A stretch of 64,000 nucleotides of DNA from Desulfosoma sp. (GCA_037481835.1 JBBFKW010000005.1:64001-128000), one strand, 5' to 3'; positions 19,191 to 29,443 are shown, counted from the stretch's first letter. Made by a program: numbers and translations. The notes: generated by a model not told the origin, from the letters alone.

Positions 19191-19778
19191 TTAGAGTTCC
19201 CCTGAACGCTCCGGCCCGCCTCGAAAGGGCAATCTTTTCAAGGGGGTATATTGGGCTCCATCGGGCTTGAGATCGCTTTTATACAACACCACTTCGGAGA
19301 CGTCAAAAATAACCCCTTGATAAGAGTGCCGGGCCGTCAGCGCCTCCTGAAGGGCTTTCAGCTGGCGCCGTCCCTTGACTCTGCCGAGGGTCAGATGGGC
19401 CCGAAAGGGACGATTCTCCTTGGGAAATCCCAACCGTTCCAGAGCCTCTTCCACACGACGATGGAGCCCCTTGAGCGGCTCCAGGTCCCCCTGAACGCCC
19501 ACCCAGATCACGCGCATCTCGCGCAGGGAGGGGAAAGCGCCGCATCCCGCCGGACGCAGCGCGAACGGGCTCACCGACTCTACGGCGGATCTCAAGGCAT
19601 CGCCAATGGCCTCTACGGCCGATTCCTCCACGTTGCCGAGGAATTTCAGGGTGAGATGAATCCGATCGGGCCGGATCCAGCTTACGGCCGCATCCAGCTT
19701 TTGCAGCGGGGCACAAAAAGCGGCAAGGTCTCGTTGGACGTCGGCCGGCAGATCCAGAGCCACAAAAGCGCGTATCAT
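19191..19778 (-). CDS. thpR: RNA 2',3'-cyclic phosphodiesterase (2H family)
   Basis: Two HxT motifs (HLTLKFLG, HLTLGR). ATG 19778 overlaps the cinA stop. Confidence 0.9.
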   Translation of the reverse strand: MIRAFVALDLPADVQRDLAAFCAPLQKLDAAVSWIRPDRIHLTLKFLGNVEESAVEAIGDALRSAVESVSPFALRPAGCGAFPSLREMRVIWVGVQGDLEPLKGLHRRVEEALERLGFPKENRPFRAHLTLGRVKGRRQLKALQEALTARHSYQGVIFDVSEVVLYKSDLKPDGAQYTPLKRLPFRGGPERSGEL

Positions 19779-21037
19779 GACCGCAGCATCCTCCACAAGA
19801 GGGCCAAGGCTTCCTGAACGGAGTGTTCTTGCACGAGTCGCCGGCTTCCGTAAAAATGGTGCCTTTCCACGATCACCTGCTCCTGCAGCGCGCAACCGAT
19901 AAAAACGGTTCCCACGGGTTTTTGAGCTGACCCGCCCGAGGGGCCCGCAATGCCCGTGACGGCCAAGGCGGCATCGGCGCGAGAACGGCGGAGGGCCCCG
20001 CGCGCCATGGCCTCGCAGACGGGGCGGCTCACCGCCCCATGTTCCCGCAGGAGATTTTCGGGTACTCCGAGAAGATCCTGCTTGGCCTGGTTGCTGTAGG
20101 TCACAAAGCCCCTGTCAAAATAATCGGAAGCCCCGGCAACGGAGGTAATCCGGGCAGCAAGGAGCCCCCCGGTGCAGGATTCCGCAACGGCCAGCTTCCA
20201 GCCTCGATCCCGCATCATGGCGCCGACGACCGATTCCAGAGTTTCCTCGTCCCGGCCGATGACATGCGCTGGGTCCAGGAGGGAGAGAAGCTTTTCTTCC
20301 GCCGCTTGCAAGATTTTTTCCGCATCGGCCTCGCAACACGCCGTCGCCAAGAGGGTCACCCAGTTTTCCCCGGTTTGAGGCAGATAGCCCAGTTTGATCC
20401 CATGTGATGCGGGATCAAAACCGCTCAGTCGCTCGTTGATTTCCGATTCCATCAAACCGTGGATGCGCAGGATGCGCTTTCGGCACACGGGCCTGTCGGG
20501 AAACCGGCGCACAAGGTCAGGCAGGACCACTTCAGCCAGCAAGGTTTCCATCTCGTGGGGAACACCGGGAAGGAAATAACAGGGCACTCCCCGGTGTTCG
20601 AGGAAAAATCCCGCCATGGGCCGTCCCGGCGCCATGCGCGTGGCCCCTTGCGGCAGCTCGGCAAGGCGGCCCAACCGGTCGCTCCACGTGCCGCCTCGAG
20701 CCTGAACCCTGGCCATCAAGTGTTTCAAATCCGTTTCGTCCACGGCCATGGGAAGGGCGAAAGCGCGAGCGACCGCCGACTTGGTCTGATCGTCGTCCGT
20801 AGGGCCGAGCCCGCCCGTTACGATGACGAATCGGCTTTCCGCCGTCAGCTGCTCCAGCTGAAAGGCGATGGCCTCTTCAGCGTCTTCCACGACGACCACC
20901 TTCCCCAGCCGAAACCCTTGCGCTCTCAATGCACCGGCAATGTGGTGGGCGTTGGTGTTAAGGATGTCTCCCAGAAGGATTTCGTCGCCTATGGTAAGCA
21001 ACGATCCGCGAACATCCTGAGGGGTTCCTCGATCCAT
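19775..21037 (-). CDS. cinA: CinA (MocF-like domain plus PncC NMN deamidase)
   Basis: IGDEILLG..NTN, TGGLGPTDDD, LPGVPHEM, AESCTGG, GIAGPSGG..KPVGTV. Confidence 0.92.
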   Translation of the reverse strand: MDRGTPQDVRGSLLTIGDEILLGDILNTNAHHIAGALRAQGFRLGKVVVVEDAEEAIAFQLEQLTAESRFVIVTGGLGPTDDDQTKSAVARAFALPMAVDETDLKHLMARVQARGGTWSDRLGRLAELPQGATRMAPGRPMAGFFLEHRGVPCYFLPGVPHEMETLLAEVVLPDLVRRFPDRPVCRKRILRIHGLMESEINERLSGFDPASHGIKLGYLPQTGENWVTLLATACCEADAEKILQAAEEKLLSLLDPAHVIGRDEETLESVVGAMMRDRGWKLAVAESCTGGLLAARITSVAGASDYFDRGFVTYSNQAKQDLLGVPENLLREHGAVSRPVCEAMARGALRRSRADAALAVTGIAGPSGGSAQKPVGTVFIGCALQEQVIVERHHFYGSRRLVQEHSVQEALALLWRMLRS

Positions 21038-22233
21038 CACGGCTCCGTCTCGGCTTTGGGAGCGTTTCTCTTTTCCAGGCAGATCCTTTTCACCTCGTCG
21101 TAGACGAGGGGCAACGGCGTTGCGGTGCGCCGTGCCGCCTCCCGGCACTCCTCATATTCGGGCTGATACCGCACCGTTCCGTCGGGGAGGGTGGCCGCTT
21201 TGACCCGCAGGGGCCCCCACGGTGTGGTCACTTCGCACGTCGTGCGCTGCAGCTCCAGACGATCCACCTCATGGAATCGAACCCCCAAGGTGGTGCTTTC
21301 CGAAAAGACGCGCGACGCCACGCGGTCCCTCAGGGACGGCTCCATGAGCACACGGACCAGGGTCGCCGGCCGGTTTTTCTTCATGATCCCTGGAACGAGC
21401 ACCACATCCAAGGCCCCTTCCGCAAAACAGGCTTCCATGAGGTGTTCGTAGAATTCGGGATTCATATCGTCAATGTGGGTTTCCATGAGGAGCAGCCGTC
21501 GGGACCTGACCGAGGGTTCCGATTCGCCCACCATGAGGCGCAGCACATTGGGCGGATCCGCCGCCGGGTGCGCCCCCACGCCGTATCCTACCGCACCGAG
21601 GACCATGGGGGGAAGAGGGCCGAAGGCACGGCACAGACCGCTCAAAATGGCGGCGCCGGTGGGTGTCACCAGTTCTCTTTCCACACCGCCGTCGCGCACG
21701 GGAACGCCTTCCAAGAGCGCCACGGTTGCCGGCGCCGGCACAGGGAGGACACCGTGGGCGCAGGAGACGCGGCCCCGTCCCAAAGGAAGCGGGGAAGCCT
21801 GGAGAGCTTCAATGCCCAGGGCGTCCAGCCCGATCACGGTTCCAACGATATCGATCACGGTATCTACCGCGCCGATTTCGTGAAAATGGACGTCCTCCAC
21901 ATGCATCCCGTGCACCCTGGCTTCCGCCTTGGCCAGTCGCTCCAGGATGTGCAATGATTTTCGCTGGATGCCCTCGGGTAACCGGGAAGTCGTGATCAGG
22001 GCTCGGATGTCTCGGTAATGCCTTAACGGCGCCGATCCGTCGTCGTGGACAATCACCCGCGTGCCGGTGATGGCCCCCCGGGATTCTTTTCTCACCTCGA
22101 GGCGCCACCCCGTGAGGGGAAGAGCCTGCAAAGCGTCCGTGAGAGCCTCAGGCGAAACGCCCGCATCGATGAGGGCGCCGAGCATCATGTCCCCGCTGGC
22201 GCCCGAAAAGGCGTCCACATAAGCCAACCGCAT
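21037..22233 (-). CDS. larC: Nickel pincer cofactor biosynthesis protein LarC
   Basis: SGASGDMMLGAL, VHFHEIGAVD, HGVLPVPAPAT, TPTGAA, DDMNPE, MKKNRP, TTLGVR, PEYEEC. Confidence 0.92.
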   Translation of the reverse strand: MRLAYVDAFSGASGDMMLGALIDAGVSPEALTDALQALPLTGWRLEVRKESRGAITGTRVIVHDDGSAPLRHYRDIRALITTSRLPEGIQRKSLHILERLAKAEARVHGMHVEDVHFHEIGAVDTVIDIVGTVIGLDALGIEALQASPLPLGRGRVSCAHGVLPVPAPATVALLEGVPVRDGGVERELVTPTGAAILSGLCRAFGPLPPMVLGAVGYGVGAHPAADPPNVLRLMVGESEPSVRSRRLLLMETHIDDMNPEFYEHLMEACFAEGALDVVLVPGIMKKNRPATLVRVLMEPSLRDRVASRVFSESTTLGVRFHEVDRLELQRTTCEVTTPWGPLRVKAATLPDGTVRYQPEYEECREAARRTATPLPLVYDEVKRICLEKRNAPKAETEP

Positions 22234-22237
22234 TTCG

Positions 22238-24580
22238 TCATTCGCCTTTCGCGTCGAAAAGCCGTGCCAAAACTTGATCCATGTGGGTCATGGGGACAAA
22301 GGTCACGGATCGGGTGACATACTTGGGCAATTGCGCCGCCTCGGCTGTGTTGGCTTGAGGGATGAGCACGGAAGCGACCCCGAAGCGAGCCGCCGCCAGA
22401 GCCTTTTCCCGAAAGCCTCCCACGGGAAGAACGTCTCCCAAAAGAGAAATTTCTCCCGTCATGGCACAGAATTCTCGAATGGGCTTCTGCAGCACGGCGG
22501 AGACGAGAGCGGCACACAGGGCCATTCCGGCGGACGGCCCGTCCTTGGGCACCGCTCCGGCCGGCACGTGGATGTGGATGTCGGCCTTTTCGTGGAAATC
22601 CGCGGGCACACCCAGCCTGTGGGCTCGGGTCCGAATGAAGCTTATGGCCGCCTGAGCCGATTCCTTCATGACGGTCCCCAGGTGACCTGTGAGCACCACG
22701 GTGCCTTTGCCCGGCATGACGGCCGCTTCGATGCGCAGCACCTCCCCGCCGTGGGGCGTCCACGCCAGCGCCAAGGCCATTCCCGGAATGATCGGGACAT
22801 GTCGGCTGACAAGGTCCCGCTGGGGCGGCCCCAGATATCGCTCCAGGCACCCCCTGGTGATGCGCAACGGCGGGGGGCTCCCTTCGGCCGCCTTTCGCGC
22901 CGCCTTGCGGCAGAGGGTGCCGAGAGCCCTTTCCAACTGGCGAACGCCGGACTCCCGCGTGTACCGGTGCACGATTTCCATCAGGGCCGCTTCGCTGATG
23001 GCCACATCGCCGGAGCGCAGCCCATGTTCTTGGAGCTGGCGCGGCAGAAGGTAGTTTTTGGCGATAATCATCTTTTCCCGGTCCGTATATCCGGAAAGAT
23101 GGAGGACCTCCATGCGGTCAGCCAGAGCCGGCGGGACGTTTTCCAGGCTGTTGGCGGTGGCGATGAAAAGGACCTGGGAAAGATCGAACGCCACGTTCAA
23201 ATAATGATCGGAAAAAGCCCGGTTTTGCTCCGGATCCAGGACTTCCAGGAGCGCCGCGGCGGGATCGCCGCGGGCGTCGGAGCCGATTTTGTCGATTTCA
23301 TCGAGCATGAAGACCGGGTTCTTGGTTCCCGCATTGCGAAGCCCCTGGATGATGCGTCCAGGCAAAGCCCCGAGATACGTGCGCCGGTGTCCTCGGATTT
23401 CGGCCTCATCCCGAATGCCCCCCAAGGAGACGCGCACAAAGCGGCGGCCCATGGCTTTGGCGATGGAGCGCCCCAGAGATGTTTTGCCCACACCGGGCGG
23501 CCCGACCAGGCACAGGATGGAGCCTTTGAGTCCTCCCTTGAGGCTGCAAACGCCGAGAAAATCCAGGATACGCTCCTTCACCGCCTCCATGTCATGGTGG
23601 TCGGCGTCCAACACGCGGGCGGCTTCCGCAAGATCCAGCCGATCGACCGTGGTGCGCTGCCACGGCATTTCAATGAGCCAGTCCAGATAGGTGCGCACGA
23701 TGGAGGCTTCGGCGGCATCGCTTTGCATCATCATGAGGCGCTCGAGCTCGCGCATCGCCTCCCGATGGGCTTCGGGGCTCATCCCCGAAGCCTGGATCTT
23801 TTCCCGGTAGACGTTTTCTTCTTTGTCTTCGTCCCATTCGCCCAGTTCGCGGCGAATGGCCTTGAGCTGCTCTCTGAGATAACGCTCCCTTTGCCGCCGA
23901 AGAAGGGCGCTTTGGGCTTCGGATTCGATCTCCAGTTGGACCTCGGCTTTCTGAAGCTCCACGGCCAGAGCCTCGGCCACCCTTTCCAAACGTTCCCCAG
24001 GATCGGCGATGGCCATGAGGCGGCAACATTCGTGGGGATCCACGTGGAGGTTGAACGCCAGGAGATCGGCGAGTCGCCCTGGTGATGAGGCGCTTTGGAG
24101 CACGGCTTCCGCGTCGGCGGCGTGCATGCCGCGCAAGGTGAAAAGCTTCACCCCCATACGGCGCACCCGGGTGACGAGGGGAACGAGGTTTTCCGCGAAA
24201 GGCGAATCGGCTTCCACCAAGGGGTCGACGCGGACCCGGATTCCAGGGGTTCGGGCCGTCACGTGAGTGACCTTGGCCTTGGCAATGCCTTGAACGAGGA
24301 TCTTGTGCCGGCCGTCTTCCAATGCCGTGTTCTTGAGGACGAGAGCGACACAGCCCACGGCGCCGTCCCAGGCCGTCTCGGGATCGTCGTTCAGGCCGCA
24401 CGCGCCGTCTTGGGCACAGCACGCAGCCAAAAACACGTAGCGACCCGTTTTTTCCGCCTCGGCAAGAGCGGCCTTTTCGCCCGGATCCGAAAGGAACAAA
24501 GGGAGAATCATGGCGGGAAAGAGCATGGTGTGGCGCAAGGGCAATACCGGCAAGTCCGTGGGCCATGAGGGTGTGGTCAT
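22238..24580 (-). CDS. lon: Lon (endopeptidase La) protease
   Basis: LON N-domain LPVLPLR, GPPGVGKTS, DEAEIRGHRRTY, KDGPSAG with downstream Lys (GGFREK). Confidence 0.93.
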   Translation of the reverse strand: MTTPSWPTDLPVLPLRHTMLFPAMILPLFLSDPGEKAALAEAEKTGRYVFLAACCAQDGACGLNDDPETAWDGAVGCVALVLKNTALEDGRHKILVQGIAKAKVTHVTARTPGIRVRVDPLVEADSPFAENLVPLVTRVRRMGVKLFTLRGMHAADAEAVLQSASSPGRLADLLAFNLHVDPHECCRLMAIADPGERLERVAEALAVELQKAEVQLEIESEAQSALLRRQRERYLREQLKAIRRELGEWDEDKEENVYREKIQASGMSPEAHREAMRELERLMMMQSDAAEASIVRTYLDWLIEMPWQRTTVDRLDLAEAARVLDADHHDMEAVKERILDFLGVCSLKGGLKGSILCLVGPPGVGKTSLGRSIAKAMGRRFVRVSLGGIRDEAEIRGHRRTYLGALPGRIIQGLRNAGTKNPVFMLDEIDKIGSDARGDPAAALLEVLDPEQNRAFSDHYLNVAFDLSQVLFIATANSLENVPPALADRMEVLHLSGYTDREKMIIAKNYLLPRQLQEHGLRSGDVAISEAALMEIVHRYTRESGVRQLERALGTLCRKAARKAAEGSPPPLRITRGCLERYLGPPQRDLVSRHVPIIPGMALALAWTPHGGEVLRIEAAVMPGKGTVVLTGHLGTVMKESAQAAISFIRTRAHRLGVPADFHEKADIHIHVPAGAVPKDGPSAGMALCAALVSAVLQKPIREFCAMTGEISLLGDVLPVGGFREKALAAARFGVASVLIPQANTAEAAQLPKYVTRSVTFVPMTHMDQVLARLFDAKGE

Positions 24581-24710
24581 GGTGCGGCGTCGTCCTCCCG
24601 CATCCCCCTTAACAGCGCGCTCCCCCCTTGTCAACACGCGAGCACGGCCTTGCTTCTCTTGACAGGCGAGGGGTCGGATGATAGTTAGTCGGCACCCAGT
24701 TTCACCCTAT

Positions 24711-24803
24711 GGAGGGATGGCCGAGTGGTTTAAGGCGGCGGTCTTGAAAACCGTTGGTCGGTTCGCAGCCGGCCCGTGGGTTCGAATCCTACTCCCTCCG
24801 CCA
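24711..24803 (+). tRNA. tRNA-Ser(UGA)
   Basis: GGAGGGA acceptor stem to TCCCTCC-G-CCA, anticodon loop CTTGAAA, long variable arm, GGTTCGAATCC. Confidence 0.95.
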
Positions 24804-24819
24804 CGACCATGCGTCGCTT

Positions 24820-24912
24820 GGAGAGATGGCCGAGTCGGCTGAAGGCGCTCGCCTGCTAAGCGAGTGTACTCCGAAAGGGGTACCGAGGGTTCGAATCCCT
24901 CTCTCTCCGCCA
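24820..24912 (+). tRNA. tRNA-Ser(GCU)
   Basis: GGAGAGA to TCTCTCC-G-CCA, CTCGC-CTGCTAA-GCGAG anticodon arm, long variable arm. Confidence 0.95.
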
Positions 24913-24925
24913 CCTTATCCAATCC

Positions 24926-24957
24926 GCCCGACCCACCCGGTCGGGCTTTCGTGTTTT
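24926..24957 (+). terminator. Intrinsic terminator after tRNA pair
   Basis: GCCCGACC-CACCC-GGTCGGGC followed by TTTCGTGTTTT. Confidence 0.65.
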
Positions 24958-24982
24958 GCAAGGGATTGTTTCGGGAGGGCCT

Positions 24983-25504
24983 ATGTCGGAAGAGACCAGG
25001 AATTGGACACATTTGGACCAACACGGTCGCGTCAAGATGGTGGATGTGAGCGACAAGCCGCCCACATGGCGTGAAGCTCGAGCTCGGGCCCGGGTGCGCA
25101 TGGCACCGGAAACCCTGAAACGCATCCTCGAGGGAACCGTCGCCAAAGGAAACGTTTTCGACACGGCCCGCCTTGCCGGCATCATGGCCGCCAAGAAAAC
25201 ATGGGAACTCATTCCCCTGTGCCACCCCCTGGCCCTCACAGCAGTGGACGTCTTCCTCGAACCCGATCCCGATTTGCCCGGGGTGCGCCTGGAGGCTCAC
25301 ACCAAGACCTGCGAGCGAACCGGCGTGGAAATGGAAGCCCTGGTAGCGGTCACCCACGCCGCCCTGACGCTCTATGACATGTGCAAAGCGCTGGATCGGA
25401 CGATGGTCCTGGAAGATATCCGACTGACCTACAAAAGCGGCGGCCGAAGCGGCACCTTCCACCTCCAGGAGCCCGCGCAAGATCTTGCAGGCCTAACCCC
25501 CTAG
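24983..25504 (+). CDS. moaC: Cyclic pyranopterin monophosphate synthase
   Basis: THLD..MVDVSDK, LIPLCHPL, TGVEMEAL, YDMCKA, KSGGRSG. Confidence 0.95.
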   Translation: MSEETRNWTHLDQHGRVKMVDVSDKPPTWREARARARVRMAPETLKRILEGTVAKGNVFDTARLAGIMAAKKTWELIPLCHPLALTAVDVFLEPDPDLPGVRLEAHTKTCERTGVEMEALVAVTHAALTLYDMCKALDRTMVLEDIRLTYKSGGRSGTFHLQEPAQDLAGLTP

Positions 25505-25810
25505 ACGGAGCTCCAGCCCAAGTTTCAGGTATAAAGGATTATGAAGAAGGCAACCTCGAACATCCTCGGTCTTTCTCCGCCTACGGGCCATAGCGTGAAA
25601 ACCCCTTTAATCCCATAGGCAGCGGATAGCAGCCGCGGCATGACTTCACTCTCAAGTCTCCCTCCTTGCCCACTGACAGTTTTGGTCCCTTTGCGGGAAC
25701 ATGGCAGAAACGCGCCGCAGAGCGGGATTTCCGCCGCATTTTAGGCTTTACAACCCGGCATGCTCTATGCTAGCCAACATGCCTTCATCACAGCGCGCGG
25801 AGGACTCGCC

Positions 25811-26173
25811 ATGGACCAAGAGACACTGGCCTACTTCAAGGAAATTCTCGAACAGCGACTGCGCGAGCTTATCGAGGAAGCGGAAAAGACTGTAACGGGC
25901 ATGACCGACGAAGGGGAAACGTTCCCCGACCCCACCGACCGGGCCTCATTGGAGTCGGACCGGAACTTCATGCTGCGCATCCGCGACCGGGAGCGCAAAC
26001 TCATCACCAAGATCCGCGAAGCGCTCCAGCGGATCGAGGACGGGTCTTTCGGCATTTGCGAAGCCTGCGGGGACGACATCGGGATCGAGCGCTTGAAGGC
26101 TCGGCCCGTGACCACCCTGTGCATCGACTGCAAGCGCCGACAGGAAGCTTTGGAAAAGATCCGGGAAGCCTGA
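25811..26173 (+). CDS. dksA: RNA polymerase-binding protein DksA
   Basis: PDPTDRASLE, RIRDRERKLI, C4 zinc finger CEAC..CIDC. GGAGGA RBS. Confidence 0.95.
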   Translation: MDQETLAYFKEILEQRLRELIEEAEKTVTGMTDEGETFPDPTDRASLESDRNFMLRIRDRERKLITKIREALQRIEDGSFGICEACGDDIGIERLKARPVTTLCIDCKRRQEALEKIREA

Positions 26174-26210
26174 GGGATGCGCTGCCAGGCGGCGTGGACT
26201 CCCAAGCGGC

Positions 26211-27236
26211 CTATGCATGGCGCAGGTGGAGGATGTCGCCGACCCACACGGTTTCGCGCCTCCCGTCCGGCGTTTCCACCACCAGGCCGCCCCGGTCCGT
26301 GAGATCCCGGGCGGTTCCTTCGAGCATCCGCTCCGCCACTCGGATGCACACCCATTTGCCGAGCACGGCCGAAAGGTTCTTCAAGTCGTCCCGAAGGGAT
26401 GCCAACCCTTTTTCCAGGTACTCTCCGTAGAGCTCTTCCATGGTGTTGAGAAAAGCCGCCAGGACCTGGGCGCGGCTGATACCCCACGGCTCGTCGCCTT
26501 CCCGGCGAACCCGTTCCCATTCCAAAGCCAGGGATGTGGCCGGATACAGGGCCTCCGCCGGAAGGTCCTCCTCGCGGTGCAACACATTGACCCCGACGCC
26601 CACCACCAGAAACTGGATCCGGTCCGGATCGGACTGCATTTCGGTTAGAATCCCGGCGACTTTCTTTCCCGCGATCAAGACATCGTTGGGCCACTTGATG
26701 CGGGCGTCCAGAGCCCATATGGTCCGAAGGCAGCGGGCCAACGCCAAGGCCGTCACCAAAGTCGATTCCGGCCCCTGCCGGGGCGGCACATCGGGGCGAA
26801 GAATCATGGAAAAATAAAGCCCCATGCCTTTGGGCGAATGCCACGGCCGGCGAAGCCTGCCGCGACCCGCCGTCTGCTCTTCCGCCACCACCGTCGTCCC
26901 GTGGGGCGCTCCGCGTCGCGCCAGATCCATGGCACGGTCGTTGGTCGATCCGATGGATTCGTGGTAGTCATACGTGCGGCCTAGGAAGCGGGTTTGCAAG
27001 AGCGGCAGGACCTCTTCCGGCCTGAGCGACCGGCTTAGAGCCGTAAGCCGGTATCCTCTCTTAGGGAGGCTTTCGATCAGGTAGCCCCGGGACCGAAGGG
27101 TGCGGATGTGTTTCCATACGGCCGTCCGCGATATCCCCAAGGACGCCGCAAGCTCTTTTCCCGAAACGGTCTCTCCCCGGCGCCTCTTGAGTTCCGCCAA
27201 GACCGAAAGCAGGGTTCCCGCTCGTTCCGGCATCAT
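26211..27236 (-). CDS. birA: Bifunctional biotin ligase/repressor
   Basis: HTH SRTAVWKHI, QTAGRGRLRRPW, KWPND, KVAGIL. The long track ORF extension upstream is a shadow of cobS. Confidence 0.93.
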   Translation of the reverse strand: MMPERAGTLLSVLAELKRRRGETVSGKELAASLGISRTAVWKHIRTLRSRGYLIESLPKRGYRLTALSRSLRPEEVLPLLQTRFLGRTYDYHESIGSTNDRAMDLARRGAPHGTTVVAEEQTAGRGRLRRPWHSPKGMGLYFSMILRPDVPPRQGPESTLVTALALARCLRTIWALDARIKWPNDVLIAGKKVAGILTEMQSDPDRIQFLVVGVGVNVLHREEDLPAEALYPATSLALEWERVRREGDEPWGISRAQVLAAFLNTMEELYGEYLEKGLASLRDDLKNLSAVLGKWVCIRVAERMLEGTARDLTDRGGLVVETPDGRRETVWVGDILHLRHA

Positions 27237-27991
27237 CCCACCCCTACGATCAAACCCAGAGCCGCGTGATAGAGTGCAATTTCCGTCACTTCGTTCACGG
27301 CACCCAACATATCCCCCGTCATGCCGCCGATCCACCGTTTCGCCGCCCGCCGAAGCGGCACGGCCGCCGCCAGCGCCATTCCCGCCAAAAACACACCTGA
27401 CAGCCCCTCCAGGGCGACGGCGGCCGTCACAGCCCATACGGCGGCCCACACCAGTTCCCGGCGCCCCACATGGTCGAGGAAAGCCTTGCCCAAACCGCCT
27501 TCCGCCCGAGCGTAAGGGATCTTGTACGTGCAGAGGACCATGGTGCAGCGGCTGAGCGCCGGCACCAGGATGAGCGCCGACCACCGCTGGGCGGCGAGAA
27601 GTCCCGCGACGGAAAAAACCTTGAGACCGATATCGAAGATGAGCGCCAGGACTCCGAAAGTCCCCACACGGCTGTCCTTCATGATGGCCAGCCGCCGCGA
27701 GGGCTCGTAGGCGCCCCCCACACCGTCCGCCACATCGGCCAGACCGTCCAGATGCAGACCCCGGGTGAGCCATGTTCCCAAGGCCACCACCCACAGGGCA
27801 CTCAACTGCGCAGAAAAAGCAAAGCTCAGTCCCCAGCCCGCCGCGGCCTGGAGCGTGCCGAGGATAAGCCCGACGATGGGAAAGGCGGCAAGGGAGCGAG
27901 CCACTTCCTCCGGAGCGGCTATCGCTGTCCCCTGCCCGGGGAGGCGCAGTCGGCTGAGAAACCCCAAGGCCATGCCCATATCTTTCCACAT
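27233..27991 (-). CDS. cobS: Adenosylcobinamide-GDP ribazoletransferase
   Basis: GLHLDGLADVADG, IMKDSRVGTFG, GGMTGDMLGA. Confidence 0.93.
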   Translation of the reverse strand: MWKDMGMALGFLSRLRLPGQGTAIAAPEEVARSLAAFPIVGLILGTLQAAAGWGLSFAFSAQLSALWVVALGTWLTRGLHLDGLADVADGVGGAYEPSRRLAIMKDSRVGTFGVLALIFDIGLKVFSVAGLLAAQRWSALILVPALSRCTMVLCTYKIPYARAEGGLGKAFLDHVGRRELVWAAVWAVTAAVALEGLSGVFLAGMALAAAVPLRRAAKRWIGGMTGDMLGAVNEVTEIALYHAALGLIVGVG

Positions 27992-28028
27992 GGGGGTTTC
28001 GTCCTTTGCGGGCCGCTTAACCGGCTTT

Positions 28029-28559
28029 TCAGCGAGGTTTCAAGGCGACGGGAATGCCGGCGATGACGTAAGTGACGGCCCGGCACGCCTTGGCCACCTG
28101 TTGGTTGGCCCACCCCGCCAGGTCCCGATAGGTTCGGGCCAAAGCGTTTTCCGGGACGATGCCGCAGCCCACCTCGTTGGACACAAGAAGCACTGGAGAG
28201 CGTACCGAGGAAAGGGCGTCACAAAGGGCGCCCACGGAAGCTCGGAGCGCGTTTTCGCCCGAACGGAGCAACAGGTTGGAATACCACAGAGTCAGGCAGT
28301 CCACCAAGACGGGGCCCGGTTCGGCATCCAACCGCACGAGGGTTTCCGGAAGGGCCACAGGACATTCCACCGTTCGCCACGATTCGCCGCGGCGGCTCCG
28401 GTGCTCCGTAACACGCCGGGCCATTTCTTCGTCGAGGATTTCTGCCGTCGCTACGTATCGGTACGGAGGCTGAAAGGCGCTCATGAGGGCTTCGGCTTGA
28501 GTGCTTTTGCCGCTTCGCGCCCCTCCCAAAATGAGATGCGGGCTCAGGGGGAGATTCAT
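28029..28559 (-). CDS. cobU: Adenosylcobinamide kinase / guanylyltransferase
   Basis: GGARSGKS, DEEMARRV..H, VDCLTLW, VSNEVGCGIVP. Confidence 0.93.
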   Translation of the reverse strand: MNLPLSPHLILGGARSGKSTQAEALMSAFQPPYRYVATAEILDEEMARRVTEHRSRRGESWRTVECPVALPETLVRLDAEPGPVLVDCLTLWYSNLLLRSGENALRASVGALCDALSSVRSPVLLVSNEVGCGIVPENALARTYRDLAGWANQQVAKACRAVTYVIAGIPVALKPR

Positions 28560-29443
28560 GGGATGGGATCGTCCTCGGCCGAGTTCGGATCAATACCCAG
28601 TTGGCGAAGCAACTTTTCCAACTGTCCGGGATCCCGAAACCCGATGGTCACCGTCCCCCGGTCCCCCCGCCTTCTCACGGTGACGGGAAGATCCAGCCTT
28701 CGGCGCAACTTCTTTTCCAGTTCGGGCCATCGGGTCCGCGCCGGGGCCGCCTCGGGCTCGGCTTTGGCTTGGAGCACGGCGCTGATGCGTCTTTCCGTCT
28801 GGCGCACCGACAAGTCCCCGCGCAGGATGGCGTCGCGCATGGCCATCCGGGAAGCCTCGTCGGGCAGGGCCAACAGAGCCCTCGCGTGTCCCATGGAAAG
28901 GCGCCCGTCCAAAATGTCCTGTTGGATCGGGAGGGGCAGCTGCACCAACCGCATGATGTTGGCCACGGTGGACCGGTCCTTGCCCACACGCTGGGCGATT
29001 TCGGCCTGGGTCAGGCCGAACTCATCATGCAGTCTCCGGTAGGCCGCCGCCTGTTCGATGCAGTTGAGGTCCTGGCGCTGCAGGTTTTCCACCAAGGCCA
29101 TTTCCAGGGCTTGGCGCGGCGTGGCTTCCCGGACCACGACGGGCACTTCGCTCAGCCCGGCCGCCTTGGCCGCCTGCCATCGCCTTTCTCCCGCAAGGAT
29201 CTGGTAGGTTCCCTGTTCAGCGGCGCGGGTCACCAAAATGGGCTGCAGGATCCCGTTTTCCCGGACGGATTGGACGAGTTCCTGAAGGCTTTCGTCTTCC
29301 ACCTTCTGGCGGGGCTGAAAGGGATTGGGCACCAGGCGGTCCACCGGACAATAGAAGACCTGCACCTCCTCGCTCTTCAACCAGTCGGTGGAAGGCAGCA
29401 GGTCGTGAAGTCCGCGGCCCAAGCCTTTTTTCTTTTCACTCAC
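28556..29443 (-). CDS. parB: Chromosome partitioning protein ParB
   Basis: GLGRGL N-terminus, PNPFQPR, AGERRWQA, ENLQRQDL, HTH GKDRSTVAN. GTG start overlaps the parA stop. Confidence 0.95.
   Translation of the reverse strand: MSEKKKGLGRGLHDLLPSTDWLKSEEVQVFYCPVDRLVPNPFQPRQKVEDESLQELVQSVRENGILQPILVTRAAEQGTYQILAGERRWQAAKAAGLSEVPVVVREATPRQALEMALVENLQRQDLNCIEQAAAYRRLHDEFGLTQAEIAQRVGKDRSTVANIMRLVQLPLPIQQDILDGRLSMGHARALLALPDEASRMAMRDAILRGDLSVRQTERRISAVLQAKAEPEAAPARTRWPELEKKLRRRLDLPVTVRRRGDRGTVTIGFRDPGQLEKLLRQLGIDPNSAEDDPIP

Noticed and set aside
24711..24803. Possible tRNA-Sec given the nearby UGA gene
   Set aside because: The anticodon is TGA (reads UCA, Ser); tRNA-Sec needs anticodon TCA.
24707..25480. 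257-aa minus-strand ORF
   Set aside because: Antisense to two tRNA-Ser genes and moaC.
25541..25618. 25-codon ORF MKKATSNILG.. between moaC and dksA
   Set aside because: The RBS-like sequence is only 2 nt from the ATG, and there is no motif or other support.
24913..25810. Integrated element at the tRNA-Ser 3' ends
   Set aside because: No integrase or duplicated tRNA 3' end seen; flanking genes are housekeeping.
26211..27989. 592-aa extended BirA, and similarly extended ClpX-like, RnpA, ThpR and kinase N-termini in the ORF track
   Set aside because: The extensions overlap upstream genes in another frame; downstream starts fit family lengths.
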